Shown: positions 41,401-55,100 of the stretch, one piece after another
Layout of the letters: each line of letters begins with the position of its first letter
Position numbering within the stretch: the stretch's first letter is position 1
DNA from: Camelus ferus
Lineage: Eukaryota
Direction: 5' to 3'
DNA: 64,000 nucleotides
NCBI RefSeq assembly: GCF_009834535.1
Contig: NC_045696.1
Coordinates: 90,336,001 to 90,400,000 of the forward strand
Position numbers and translations under genes: made by a program
Notes under the pieces: model-generated
The model's database searches: none
Seen by the model: the letters and a program-made list of their open reading frames with translations, nothing else
Told to the model about the DNA's origin: nothing

Positions 41401-43140
41401 GTATCAGGACATACTAGATTTTTAGGAATTCCGTATACATTTTGGAATATCTATATTCATGACATTTATCCATACAATATAACCTAAGGTTTTATCACCA
41501 CTTATTTGACAATGTTCCCCATGTAATTTAACATACAAAATGAGCCTAATTAGTTTAATATCTCTCTATGGGATGTTTCAGGGGCTCTTTAAGTATCCCA
41601 AAGTTAGCTGGAGGTCAAAAGAATCTTAATTAGAATTTCATATTTGGGAAGTCTGTCAAAAAATCCAAAGATTTTAACAACACTTGGTCAAATAGGATCA
41701 TAGGTCACTATGAAGCAATACTTACTCACTCAACCAAAGTAGCAATAAAAGATTTTTAAGGCAAGTACAGATCACGTAGAAGGCAAAGAAACTCACAATC
41801 TATTATCAAAAGTAGTTCAACGTTCCAGGAAGACTTTATCCTCTTAACAGAGAGAGAAACCCATACTCCAGTCCTGCACCAGCTCACTCTCAACAACAAA
41901 ATGTATTTACCTAAGTTCAGTCTAATCCCAACCTGAACATGCACAAAACAGCTTTTTCAGAGCTGTCTTCCTACAAATCTTCCACAACGTTCTATATCCA
42001 GATTAGTTTGTCCCTTATTTTCCCATCCAGAAACAGCCGGCTCCAGGACAAAGTCAGTCTTTCCCCTTAACACAGTGGAGTTCCATTCCTTACACCTTCT
42101 TTTGCCAAAAACACACATCCTATGTTCCTTGCAAACAAACGTTTCCCTTATTGTTTTTAGTAGCTTTAATTACATATTACAGTTTTAACCCTTAAAAACT
42201 TTAGTGAAGACTCACAAGGAGCAAGTAATTGTGAACTATTTGTTGTGCCTGCATCTCCTGGTTGGCAAACTTAGGAATATTTCATTACCTCTAGAAACAG
42301 CAGAATTTCTTAATGTGGTTGGCACAAGACATATGCGTAATAAACCCAAACATCTTTAGTTTCCTTTTCTCACAAAAGTAGGTAAATTTAGACCTGTTTA
42401 GCAATTAATGTTCCAGTACTTTATCTTATTTGAAATGACCTGGATAGTCAATGAATTCCCATCATTTAACTTAATTTAGCAAAACTCTAAAGTTTTAAGG
42501 TTCCAAAAATCTGGAGAAACTAGTTTACGTAGACATACCCAAAACAGAACTACTAAAGAGTTCACCTGAAACTCTTCATCTCATTTATCTGTATTTTATA
42601 ACTTGTGAAAATATCATCATACCAAGTTGAATTTTTGGTTTTTTGCTGATAAATTCTGCAACAGAAATTACCCTAGGTGCGATAAACTGGCATTAATGTG
42701 AGATATTAATTTAATATTGAGTATTTCCTAGATCACGTGAACCTGAAATTCATTCTGGCCAGTTTCCTTTATATTTAGAAATACTTAATTTGTAAATGCT
42801 CACTTTTAAGTCAGTTAAGTAGAGCTCTTTTATAAGTTTAACTGAATATTTTCAGAGGTAGAGACATCTCTAATGTACACACTGACATAAACAGACAAAA
42901 GCAGAGATCTCACAGCTTCACTTTAACACTTCATTCTGTATCAGCTATTACAAAATAAACCTACTAGTTTATAAAGAACAGTTGGAATAAGTTAAGTTTA
43001 TTTGCTCAGATGACTAAGACTTTACTATTTGTGGAAAAGACTTTTAAGATTTGTGTTTGTCCTTGATAATTCCTTACAGAAGCTGTGAATTAGATTTTGG
43101 GTGAGGGAGCCTTTCCAACAGTTTGAGCTTTAAAAGACCA

Positions 43141-43171
<31 letters not shown>

Positions 43172-46100
43172 ATCAGGTTTTACCTGATTGAGCTAATTAG
43201 GCTCAGTGTCAGGCCATTGTGGGCTGTATCTGCATTTGTAATTTGTAGAGATTTGCAAGACAAATATAGTTGCTTTTAATTCCCCAAAGAAAGAACAGAT
43301 CTGCTGCCTGAATTATACTAAACGATTGATTTGCCCAACTACATTTTCTCTAAGTGCTGCTGAAGATTACCAGCTAAACTGAAATTCAAGAGTTTTATGT
43401 TCTAGAATTTTGGGCTTCAGTTTATCATGCCTTCAAAAGTTTGCACAAGGCATTTACCAAAGGCCTCCTTTCTGAATGCACAGGTTAAACCCACAGCAGA
43501 AATCTCTTATTATTTTTATTGGCCTCTGAATATTAGCTCCCAGTTTTTATTTCATATTGTGTGGGCTCAGGTCACCTTGCTGGTTTCTTTTAGTATGTTT
43601 AATTAATATTGTCTGGGGGGCAGATTTATGTGCCCTCTTATAATGCCGGGGAAGCATTCTCCAATGAGACATCGTGTTTGTCTCACAATATGATTAAGCA
43701 GGAGAGAGATCATCACCTCATATAAAGCCCATGTAAGTATGCCAGTTTACATAACCTTTCATCTCACTTGTATTAACTTTTATACCTTTAACTGTAGTTT
43801 CTGCTAGAACCCCATTAATAAGCCTTGCTCTTACAAGGAGTCTTAGAAACTTTTTTTTTTTTTAATCCTCCAACTATTTTTGTCTAAAAGGCTCTGGGGT
43901 CCCCAGTGAAGAGTTGAGCCAAGGGACTCAGCCCCTTTTGTCAATCTTTTAACTTGATTAGTTGGCCTGTTGCCCCAGGTAATTACTGGTAAGGTATCTC
44001 AATGTAATTTTTCTCCCAGCCTTTATATATATATAAAATATATATATATATGCAGAGTGGACTTGTTTGGGGTCCTTTAGTGCTGGGGACTAGTAAGGGG
44101 TCCCTTTGACTCAACCTTAGGTAGTGTTGTATCAGAACCTTTTGTTTTAATCTCATTAACATCTGTTTTATTTATCACATTTCTTAATAACCATGCAAAG
44201 ATTTTTATCCTTTTGGGAGGGATGCCTTTAAAATTTCCACCTTGTTGGGAAGAAGTCTTTAGACTTCCCCCCTTATTCTCCACCCCCCATTAATCAACCT
44301 AATAACTAATTAACCTATTGTTTTTATTAGCATTTGTAAGACCTATTGAGGGGAAGCGTAGACCACAAATAAGGCTTCCCAAACTGTTTTAAACTAAAGG
44401 AGTTCTGTAGGTTAGCCATTTTATACACACACACATATATAAAACGCTGTGTGATTTGTTTTTTTCATAGGTGCCAAAAAAACAGCTGTGTACAGTGAGA
44501 TCGCTAAAAATTTACCAATTTAGAAGTTTCTCCAGTTGAAAGGCTCCAGGCCATTAAAGAACTGTACCTTAATAGCGACGCAAACCAGTAAGATGCAAGA
44601 GGTGTCCCCACAAGAGAGCGCAAAGAAAGCAGCCTGCACAAGGGCTAGAAGGTTTGCTCCTGAGAACAGTCTAAGGCAGGAAAGACCTGCGTTGTACAGG
44701 CAGATGCAACAAAGGTTAAGATGACAAAAACCCCTGAGAGTTGGCACAGCCAGGCAGTAAGATGACTCAGAATCCCACTCTGTCCGCTGGCTGCCACACA
44801 TGTGCACCACGTGTGTACCTTCCAGACGGCAGAGGCCAAGCTCTCAGCACACGCGTGCACACTGGGAAGGCCGGATAGGACAGCTGCATCTCAAAGACAC
44901 AGGGAGAGAAACGCAAGTTCCCCCTAGAAGGGTTTTGTTTCTTTAAGGTCAGAGTTCTGAAAAGATGTTTTATCAAGCTGGTGTTTTGTAGCCATGCACA
45001 TACAAAATTAGGTTGAGGATGTCAAAAGAGCCCTAATCTGGCCATTTCAGGTTGAGATCTTTAGTTTCCCTAATCAAATAAGTATTCGCAAGTATAAATT
45101 CCAGAGGTATTGTATGGGAACCTGGCTGGGGTTTTAGTTGGAGGCTGGCAATCTGTCGCTCCTTTTTCTTTTGTTTGAAAGCTTTGTTCTGATTTTGAGG
45201 TCCGTTTATCCAGATACAGTTGCTGCTGAGGACTGCGTGGTGGCCGGTGTGCTGAGCTCCTCTAGGTGTCACCCTAGAGTCATTTCTACTTTCTTATGTC
45301 TCAGTTTCTCCCTCTCGTAGTGTAAGATCCCTGTGGGTGCTCAGATCACTGAGTGGTCAACTCTTACGTGTTTCCGGCAGAGCACATTTTTAATAAAATG
45401 AGTGAGTTGGCTGCACGGTACGAGGACTTGTCTCCACTTGCTTCTCAGCTGCCTTGAGGAAGCTGGCTGGGAGATGTCCCTTCTTTGGAGCTGAAAGTTC
45501 TCATGAGCTATCTTCACTTTTATTCTGACAAACTATTAAAGTAGCCAATCCAAGGAAAAAATGACAGGCCAGGCTCCCACCTGAATTACCCATCCAAACC
45601 TACTGAGTGTCTTTCAAATGAGTACAATCTTCCCAGTCTTTCAGCTGGGAATAACCAAGGTAGCTCTTCTTGAAACTAAGCTTCAAGGATAACCTACTCC
45701 TCCAGAGAGGAGTTTAACACCACTGAATAAAACTTAGGATCACCAAGCCAATGATGGGAGGTGTGAGAACCAGGAGACACTCCCCCAGAGTCGTCTGGAC
45801 TCTGAAGGGGCACACGGGCGCCAGAGGCCTCCGCTGGTGCTGCCGAAACCCTGCCTCTGTGCTCGTGGCTGAAATAGAAATGGAGACAGTTTCAGGAGAT
45901 AGAAAAGAACTTACTGCTTTGCCAGGCACAGGGAGTCACAGCAGGCCTTAAAGACTGTGAGCCCTCTTTGGGGTAAGAGTCCTGGGGTTTTACAGGAAAA
46001 GGGGACAGGAGGGTGATAACAAATCAGGGTGTGAGCAGGGGCTACGTTTCTTTCATCTTGAGAAGAGCTTGCTGTTGTTACGGAGGAATTTAGGAGGGGC

Positions 46101-49100
46101 TGCCCATTCTCTTGAGGTTATCAGTCCATGACCCTCTTTCAAGACCTCTAGGGTAAAAGCGTAAGTTATTCTAAGAAAAGAATGCACAGGGAAGGGAGCA
46201 TGTTAGTCATAAGATCAATTTAACTGGAAGCACAGACCTGAACAACTTAATGGCCATCTTGTTAGTTTTTGGCTCTTTTCACGGGCACCAAGGCTCCAGA
46301 TCCTCGTAGAGTTCAGGCGAAGGGGAGAAGTCCGCCCTGGGTCCCTCAGATGGTCGCCAAAACTGTCAGCTGAAAAAAATGCGTAACCTAAAAGTTGAGA
46401 ATTATGTTTTATTTGGTGGCCTTACTGAGAACTATAGCCCAGGATACAGCCTCTCAGCTCTGAGGAACTGCTCCAAAGAGGTATGGGAGGAGCCAGGATA
46501 TACGGGAGTTTTTGCTGAAAAACAAAACATGTAGTTGAACATCAAAAGATGACCGCCTGTCACAAAAACAGAGCTCTCGAGTTAATGACTTGAGTGCTTT
46601 TCTGTGTGTGGGAAGACGCAAGAGTCTGGGCTTATTGAAACTGTTCCTCTGATAAACATCTTAACTCTCTCAGACTAGTGTCCTGTTTTTCTCCATCCTG
46701 AATCTCCTCAGGGTGCGCTGTCTGGGTCTATGGCTGCAGTGTCCTTTGTTTACTGAAACGGCAGGCGATGTCCTTTGTTCACACCATTCATCCCACCTGC
46801 CGTGGGCAACCACTTGAAAAGGGCTGATGTGTATGCTTCTGTCTGTAAGTGTCCTTATAAAAGGTATTGTTGGTATTTGTGAAAATTTTTCTTTACAACA
46901 TTTTTCTAAGTGGCATTATGCCATGCATTGTGTTGCTTCTGTTCCCACTCTCAGCCGTGAGGATCTCTTTGTTGGTGTATGTATGGTTAGTTGGCTGCCT
47001 CTCCTGCCGCATAGCACCTCCATTTTACCTGCACCCCCCTGGATGCACACCAGCTTGCCTCCACCTTCCTGCCACACACACGAGGAGGCCTCAAGGAACA
47101 TCCTCCCACGAGTCTCTTTTAACAGCATCATTTTCTCTGGGTGTGTACCCAGAAGTGGGGTGTTGGATCATAGGCCATATGTAAGTTTGACTTGATCAAG
47201 TCAGCCAACTGCCCCCCAGCCAGGCTGCATCAGGCTACCTCCCACCAGCCATGAACCCCCAAACCCAGCCAACGATTGGCCCTCTTCACTTTCTCATTCA
47301 TTGCCAGTCTGACAGTTGAACAGTGCTTCCTCACTACTCCTGTAATTTGCATCTCCAATTACTCGCTTGTGCGCAGGGTTCAGAGCTCCATTTTCCCAGT
47401 CAGGACCTGTGACGTGCTAGGACTGTACCCAGCACAGGCCCAAGAGCATCTGCTGTTGTTCTGTAAATACAAGCATCCTTTAAATGATGGTTGATTTGAT
47501 AATGTTGTCCTCCTACAATTCTAGAGATTATTTCTGATCTTGAGTGACGTCGCTGGTCCTGTTACCTTCCAGTTAGGACTCACGCCCACATCTGCTCCAC
47601 TTCTGCCGTGCCCACCCTGGTCATCCACCCCCTCAGCTAGCCTCCTGGAGTCTCTGCGTTCACTCCGGACCTCTCACTCCAGCTCTGGTTCTCTGTGCGC
47701 CAGCTAGAGGGATCTTTAAAAGCCTCTCCTCCTGTCCATGGCTTCCCAGTTCTCTTATGATGAAACCCTCCCCGTAGCCTGCAGGGCGGCCCCTGATTAC
47801 CCAGCCAGCCCCTTCCACATCCTGGCTCCTGTCTTTCTGCCCTCTGGCCCCTCCTGGCTGCTCCCACAGGGCCTTCAGCACTGCTTTTCCTTCCATGTGG
47901 AATGATTTGTCACCCCCACTCCACCCTGACACCCCCAAAGTCAGTTCCTTCTGAATCTTCAGAGTTCAGCTCAAATGTCACTTCCCTAGACTGGACTCCT
48001 TCTCCAGTTATCTTTTCATAGCTCTTAAGTCATCCATGATCAAATAATCAACTCTACAGTGATCTATTTGAAGTCCTCACCTGACGCCCTGAGGGTAGCC
48101 TGTGACAGTCTGTTCCCTGTCCTCCTGCCCCTAACCCTAAGCTCCTGTTCAAAACTCTGGGGTGGATGCTGAATACAAAGACCTCTTTATCACGGCACAG
48201 CTTAATCAAAGACAGCCCAAGGGAACACACAGCCCTAAAATGGCCCGAGGAGTACAAGACACTTTGTCCCAGAAAAGAAGGCCTGGCGGGTGTTGTTTTG
48301 CCCAAGGCCCAGGGCTGCTGCCTTATCACAGGAGAACCTCAGAGGAACTTGTGACTCAGAGGAAGGGAGACCTAGAGGCCTTTGTGGGAGATAAAAGGGC
48401 TGCGTCTTGATAAATGGTAAAAAAGTACAACCAAAAATATAAAAATCGTGTTTTGGACAAAATGCAGGTGTTTTAAGAGCGCCTAATTAAAACAAAGAGA
48501 TGGAATCGGGAAAGAAGATTACTCTTCAAAAAGACAGGCTCCATCCTGACTCAGCTCACAGCCTTGGTTAGTCCAGTTGCTTCTTTCCCGACAAAGAACA
48601 GGTACCAGCACCTCACTTTGCCTCCAAGAATTTTCGAAAAACTGTTGAGTTAAATAATACCTTAAGTACTTATTTAAAATATGCACAATTATATGAAGAA
48701 TAAGGCAGATTTTTGTACATCCTTGTGGACAGCAAATAAGCACGCCCCAGTGTAATACCGATGGGAAGGTTGGTGGTCGTCAGGTTCTTTCAGTGTACGC
48801 ACCTTCCCCGGGGGATTGCAGCAAATTCCATGGCTTCAGCCATCACCGCTGCTGCATCATCTATGACATTTAGCTGCCTCCTGGCCCTCTTCTGTGTCCC
48901 TGAGCACAAAGACGGTACTCGCCACCTCGGCATCCCCCTCCTCTTCTCTTGAGGGCCTCACCACCCACCCCACTCACCCCTAACTGGCAGCCTGAGGGGC
49001 ACCCGGCTCCTGTGTAGGAGGCTGCGCTTGGGCCCCTCGGGACGTGAAGGGCAGGCTCCTAGATCCCGCATGCGGCATTCGAGGGGGCCCCAGGGCTGGC

Positions 49101-52100
49101 TCAGCAAGCGACTCAAGCCTTAGAATGGCTGCCTTCTGTGAGTATCAGCAGGTGGGGGGTGCCCGTGGCTGGCGTGAGTGACCCGTGTGTTCCTCTGACT
49201 CAGGTGGGGCAGGGAGGACGCCGAGCTTCAGGAGACGTGGAGACAGAGGCCACGGGGCCCCTTGTGCAGCCGCTTTCATGGAGGTCCAACTTACACCTTC
49301 TGACGGCTCACTGTGAGCTTCCAGCAGGAGGAAACCAAAGTAAAAGAAGCTAGACAGAGTCCGTGTTCTCAGCCTTCCCTAGCCTCCACCATGGACCAGA
49401 CCCTGCTTTCCAGCTCAGTTCTTTATCTCCCTCATGTGGATAGGTTTTAATGATAAAAATAGTGACCATAAATATCACTGACATCTGTGAGTACTTATAC
49501 CCTGGCCCAGGCACCGTCCAAGCCCTTTTCGTGCTGTGTCTTACTCTCTACAACACCCTAAGTACTTCGTTATGTTTACTTTACTGGGGCTCCCACAGAC
49601 TTTGGAATCAAGTTCCAAGTTCTCTTCACAAAAAAAAAAAAAAAAAAAAAAAAGGCTTTTTGTGACTTTGTGCCAGCCTCTCCAGACAGCCTTTTTTCTA
49701 GTTTCACTGCCTGCCCAGGAACAGCAGCCTCTGCCTTCCATTCCCACACCGTGGCCCGGCCCCCCTGGCTCTAGGGAGCCTTTCTAAGCTGAGCTCCCCA
49801 CATGCATCAGCTCCGGCCACAGCCACACTGTGTAGCAGCCGGTGTGCCTGTTCCCACGCTGGAAGCCGGCTGCTGGTAAGGCTGGCCTGGATGTCCTGCT
49901 TCCTTGTATCTCCCCGGTGCCTGGCACAGTAGGTGGTAAACAGTGACTGACTGAGAAGACAGACTTGTGTGTGTGGATGTTGTAATCTGTATGACTTTGT
50001 AGTTGAAATCAGTGTTTCAGCTTACACCAGAACTTGCTGTAAGATTGAAAATCAGCACTAAGCAAACTGCTCTCATGTGTGTGCTCTGGGTGCCCCCGAC
50101 CCCCAGCAGTATCTCCATTCATGTGTTGAAATGTTTTTTACATAAATACTTGACACAGAATCCTTGCCCTCCATCCTCGTTTCCCAGAATTAAAAAAAAA
50201 AAACAAAAACTAACAGTAATGTATGCTATCTGGTCTATTTAAAATAAGATAATCCTGTTTGGTGGTTGTGTTCCTGGGCTAAGTAGTATTCAAGGGAAAT
50301 TGATGTTCCCACAATCTAACTTAATCAATACTATGTGAAATAACTTCAGCTCCATGCAGCAGAAAGTTCCTTTTCTTCTGTAGAAAACACTCCTTTTATT
50401 GAATGAAATTGTGCTCTTAAAAAAAAAAATGATGGCCAATAATATAGCATTCTCCTAAACGATCTAATGTGCTTCAATGACATGGATATGAATACTCTAA
50501 AACTATGTGTTGGAATCAATCAACTAAGAGGTTTAGAAATACTAAACATGCCTTTCCAAACGTTAGAGGAACGCTGGCTTATGAAAGCTGCAAGGAAATA
50601 GGAGACCATAGCATCTGAGGACTTCCTCCGTATTGCTGACCCAGCCTGCCCCCAGACACAGGCCCTTTGCTGAGTCCACCGAAGGCCTCACGGTGGGTCC
50701 CCTCTGCCCACTCCGGTCTGGGTGTGGCTGCTTCCATGTTGTCCCTGCCATCTCAGCTGAGGTCTCCTCCTCCCAGATGCCCTCCTTGACCCCCTTCAGA
50801 AAAGTAGCCATTCTGCCCCACTTCTTTTTCTTCACTCATCACCTCCTGAAAACCCAGGACTTATTTCTGGTTACCCCTTTGTCGCTGGATCCCCTGTTCA
50901 GCCAGGAGAGGCAGGAGGGGGAGCTTATGTGGCCCAGGGCCCAGCTCAAGGTGAGGGCACTGACCGGCGGGGACGGAGGGACGGGACGGAGGGACGGGGC
51001 TCGCTCCCCAGCCCTGCGTGCTCAGGCCTGCTTCTCGCCTAGCTGCTCCCAGCCTCGGCACTACCGGTCCCTCTCTCGTCCTCCCTCTTTGTGAGTAGGT
51101 GTCAGACCAGCGAGCAGAGTGGCATGATCAGACCAAAATTTGAGATCTTTTCTCCTTGTAAAAAACCCCCGATTTTCTTCAGGTATAAGTGTGACAGCTG
51201 CCGTTTGCATGTCATGTTATCCTGAGAGAGTCGTTCTTGGATATGATGGTGTTAACAGAGCTTCCATGAGGCTAACTTCTGTTTCTGTGTTTCAGATTAA
51301 TCAAAAGAAGGAACGTAAAGTTGACCTCGTGTTCACCACAGAGCTCTACAACCCGGAGGTAGGCTGCCAAGATTAGTGAAGTGTCCTGTTAACAACTCCT
51401 GTTAATTTTTTTTAAAGTGAGAATCTTAATATATAGAGACATGAAGGTTTGCTTTTGTTTTTTTCCTGCTCTGTTTCCTATTTGTTCTCAAGAACTGAAG
51501 AGCAGAGTAGGCAGGACAGCACCATGGCCTTATGCAGGCTGTGTTCAAGACAGTCCACCATCCCCTCCTTCCTTTGCCGCTGGGAGAGGGTTTCACACTC
51601 CCTTAGGCACCCGTGCCCCTCCCTCGCATCTCAGCATCTCTCAAATGCCAGCCTGCTCTTTCCCTGTCAGCTGGTGACATTTCTCAGCAGGCAGGCATAG
51701 CGTGAGGCCAGTTCCAGGAGCTTCCATGCACAGAGGCATCCTGTAGCACAGCAGACCCGCCACAGCATCTCCAGCCTCTACAGTTCTGACTCGGCAGGCC
51801 ATGGTTTGCCAAGTGTCCTTTCCCTATTCTCAAGAAGAGAGTAAACAGAAGACTCAGAAATCAGAGCCAGATGAACTTGGAGGTGCCAGGCCAAGCTGGG
51901 AGGCAGCAGCTGGAACCTGGGTGGAGACCAGCCCAAACCCCTTTGTGCGGCGCTGAGTCAGAGCAGAGGGACGGGCAGGCGGGTCCGGCATTAAGGTGTT
52001 TCAGGGAGGCAGAGCTTCGGTGAAGGCATGACCCCTTCATCCGATGCTTCTGGAAGAAAGCCTACTGGTAGTCAGAAACAGGTTCTAACAAGACAGCAAC

Positions 52101-55100
52101 ACTCTGACTTCGCTAATTAACCTGAGAATTAACATTTTCTTAAAGCTTAAGGAGGGTGCCTTTGGTTTCTGTGTTGCAAACAGAAGTGTTAGATTGAAGC
52201 TTAAGGGAAAACAATGACTAGATTATTTGGACCAGCCCTGTTTCTCTGAAGAGCATGGTTAGCTAACTGAAATGTTCCACTTCAGGGTAGGAGGCAGGAG
52301 AGTTCTTTCATCTTCAGGCAACTGCTTTGATTCTGTGGAGCTGTCTGGGGACAGGGGCACAGAAAGAAAAACAAAAGGGGGCAATACCTGGTTCCTCTCC
52401 TCTTCCCTGGAAGTGGCTGTGACATCAAAGGATTCCACGTACCAGCCTGGCTTCTGCCTTTGATAAGCCTCTTCCGGAATGCCCCTTCGGTTGCACAGAT
52501 AATTAGGATGCTAATGCACCACTGAAATTCCTTCCCATTTAAACCAGCACTCACCAGAGGAAAAGCTGCCCATTGGAAAGCCTATTTCAGTTTTCTGAAT
52601 CAGTTCTAGGAGGGGCTTATTAAGCAGATCCAGTTTTGATTAGTTTGTTTCTTTGTGGGCTTTTTCTTTTTGGTTGTTGCTCTAACTGGGACTCTACCCA
52701 GTTTCAACGATTGTAAAAGTGAAAAGAACTCAGCTGCTCACCTAACCACGTAGTAACAGGAGTTCTTACTTAGGGGCCCATGGATGGGTTTGAGTGGGTC
52801 CATCCACGAACTTCCTCAAATTCTAGGCCCAGTGGATGGTATGAGCGGACATGCATTTTTCTGGGAAGCAGTTCCCTGGCTTTTATTGTTGAGTTAAGGA
52901 ATCTGTGACCTAAAACGGTGGAGAAGCACTGTCCCAGAAATGAGTCATGGACTTGATGTCTACTTAAAGCATCCAGCTACCCAGCTCCACATGTCTCTGG
53001 ATTGGAAAATGAGTTGGGGTGTTCCCAGAACACTGCACATTTGAGTGCAGACACACCTCTCTTGGTCACTCGGGTGGTTGAATTTGTCCACCTGGGTGAT
53101 CTGTGCCTCTGCTTCTTCCACATGAGGTCTCAGTGCAGAGGTGGAGCTCTCACAGGGCCCTGGCATCACAGACACAGCTCAGTTCTGGCCACTTAATGGC
53201 TGTGAGACATGGAGGAGTTTTCCCTGTAAACCTCAGTCTTAATCTGTAAAACTGGAATAAGCGGACTGAGTGCGTCAGGCAGCTGAAAGGTACTGTTTGT
53301 GTTTGTGGGAACCAGCTTCCTTTTGGTTCAGGTTAGCAAGCTGGAGGTCCAACTAAGCACTATGTTGGTCCACAGTAGAGGGAAGTACCCCTGTCCTAGC
53401 AGTACTCACAGACGCCAGTGATGGTTCTTGGGAAAAGGCCCAGCACCCTTTCATAAGGGCACCGTCAGAAAGCCGGAGTTTAAACGACAGCAGAGTGAAG
53501 ACTGTTGTGTTCTGCTGTGAGCGCAGAAATCACTATCTACAGAGCAGACCACCACGTATTGCTGCCAGCGCACACCTGCCGTGTACAAGGAACTCCCCAG
53601 TTGTGTGTGTTTGTGTATTGGGGCCACGGGGAGTGAGAAGGAACCATTCCATTTAATTCCAAAATCTTTTTTTCAGGAAGGTAACAAACGTCTGGGGAAA
53701 TGTTCTGCTCGAGTGTTTTTCAGGAATGAGAAACCCAGACCGGCTGTTAATGTGACTTGTGCTCAACTCATTGAGAAGAAGAAAAGACACGAAAAGGATT
53801 ACCAGCTCTACAAGCGCATGAAGCAACTTCAAAACCCCGTGGATGTAGTCAGCATACCTGGTATGAACAGTATCTGGAATTCCTATACTCAGGAATGCAT
53901 GTTATTACTAAATCTTAAAAAGAATGATCATTTAAAATTGTATGCCTCCAAATGGCGCTTTAATTCAGCTACAGAATATGGTACCTCATTATTTAAACAA
54001 AACTCAGAAGTATCCTCTTCCTAGTCTTCACCTCCAGTGCATCATAGTGACTCCTCCAAAATGCACATTTAACCCCCCCCACCACTTCCATCCCAGATGA
54101 GGCGCAGGGCAAGAGTGGAATTCCAAGGAAGGGGTAGAGGTCTTTGCAGTAGGACCCACACGTGGGGGTGCAGTTTTCAGGGCTGGGTCCAGAAGCTGAG
54201 GAGATGCCTTAAGAGGTTTCTGGCGGTGGCTTTGGGAACTTCAGGTGACAAGACGCCATCACGGCCTTTCCCGCACCAGGGCAGGCCGAGTCGACTGTCT
54301 CGGGAACTTGCTGTGGAGTCAGTTGATCTCATTTTTGGTCCCGAGCTGATGGGCAGCGGTGCCGTCTCTCAGAAGAAACGAGCCCTGCCTGTGACGTGAC
54401 TCAGCTGAAGTGACGCAGTCTGTTCTGGCCCTTGGCGGGGTGTGTGGGCAGCATCTGGGACTTGGACTTACTGGCAAAACCACAGAAGTCATCTCTGAAC
54501 TTGCGCACTTGGGCATTATGCTTGACATCTGACCATGACAGTGCTCCCCGTCCCTCTCTCTCTCTCAGGTCACTCATTTGCCGGAGACCTGTAACAGACC
54601 CAAGTCAGCCTGGGAGGACCTGTGGTCTCCACTCCTGAGCGTATCTGTGTCCCATCCATTTACTCAGACTAAGTGCTCTGAAAAACACTTGCAGCTGAAA
54701 AACGCTCCTAGTGTTTCAAAAATTCAGAAGCTTGGCTCATTCTCATTATAGTTCTCTGACAACTTGGATTAAATCCTGTCCAAAGAATTATGGGAACAAT
54801 TCAAAATCTTACATTGTAGTAGAATTTGCTTACATTCAGTACTGCCTGAAATAAATGGGCCAATGACTGATACTTAAAATCTACAGTTATTTCGGGATTG
54901 TTCCCTTCCTTAGCATTAGTTGGGGAAATAGAGTTTTATATATTCTTCTTAAAACATAAATTTTTGAAATTGTATTGAACCTTTTCCAGGATCACTATAT
55001 TTTGGAGACTTTTTAATAGTGTAGGTTAACTGGATCATGTTCAGTTAATAAATCCTATATGCCCACAAGGTTCATTCTGTAACAGTCTAACTTAACGTGG

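Larger units (their letters stand above)
39900..46783 (-). mobile_element. Non-coding endogenous retrovirus provirus (class I/ERV1, MER4-group/MER41-like), antisense in RARRES1 intron 1
   Basis: Two homologous LTRs (39900-40334, 46364-46783). Minus-strand PBS TGGCGACCATCTGAGGGAC (46341-46359) lies next to the right LTR and PPT AAGGGGAGGCAC (40335-40346) next to the left. TSD CCGT (39896-99) / CCAT (46784-87). The interior is AT-rich with no gag/pol ORF. Confidence 0.9.

Noticed and set aside
39900..46783. STAT1 GAS motifs (TTCnnnGAA) in the MER41-like LTRs
   Set aside because: None found by eye in either LTR, so an interferon-enhancer role is not supported by the sequence.
53581..54024. 147-aa ORF as an independent gene
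   Set aside because: It is exon 3 plus in-frame intronic read-through on both sides.
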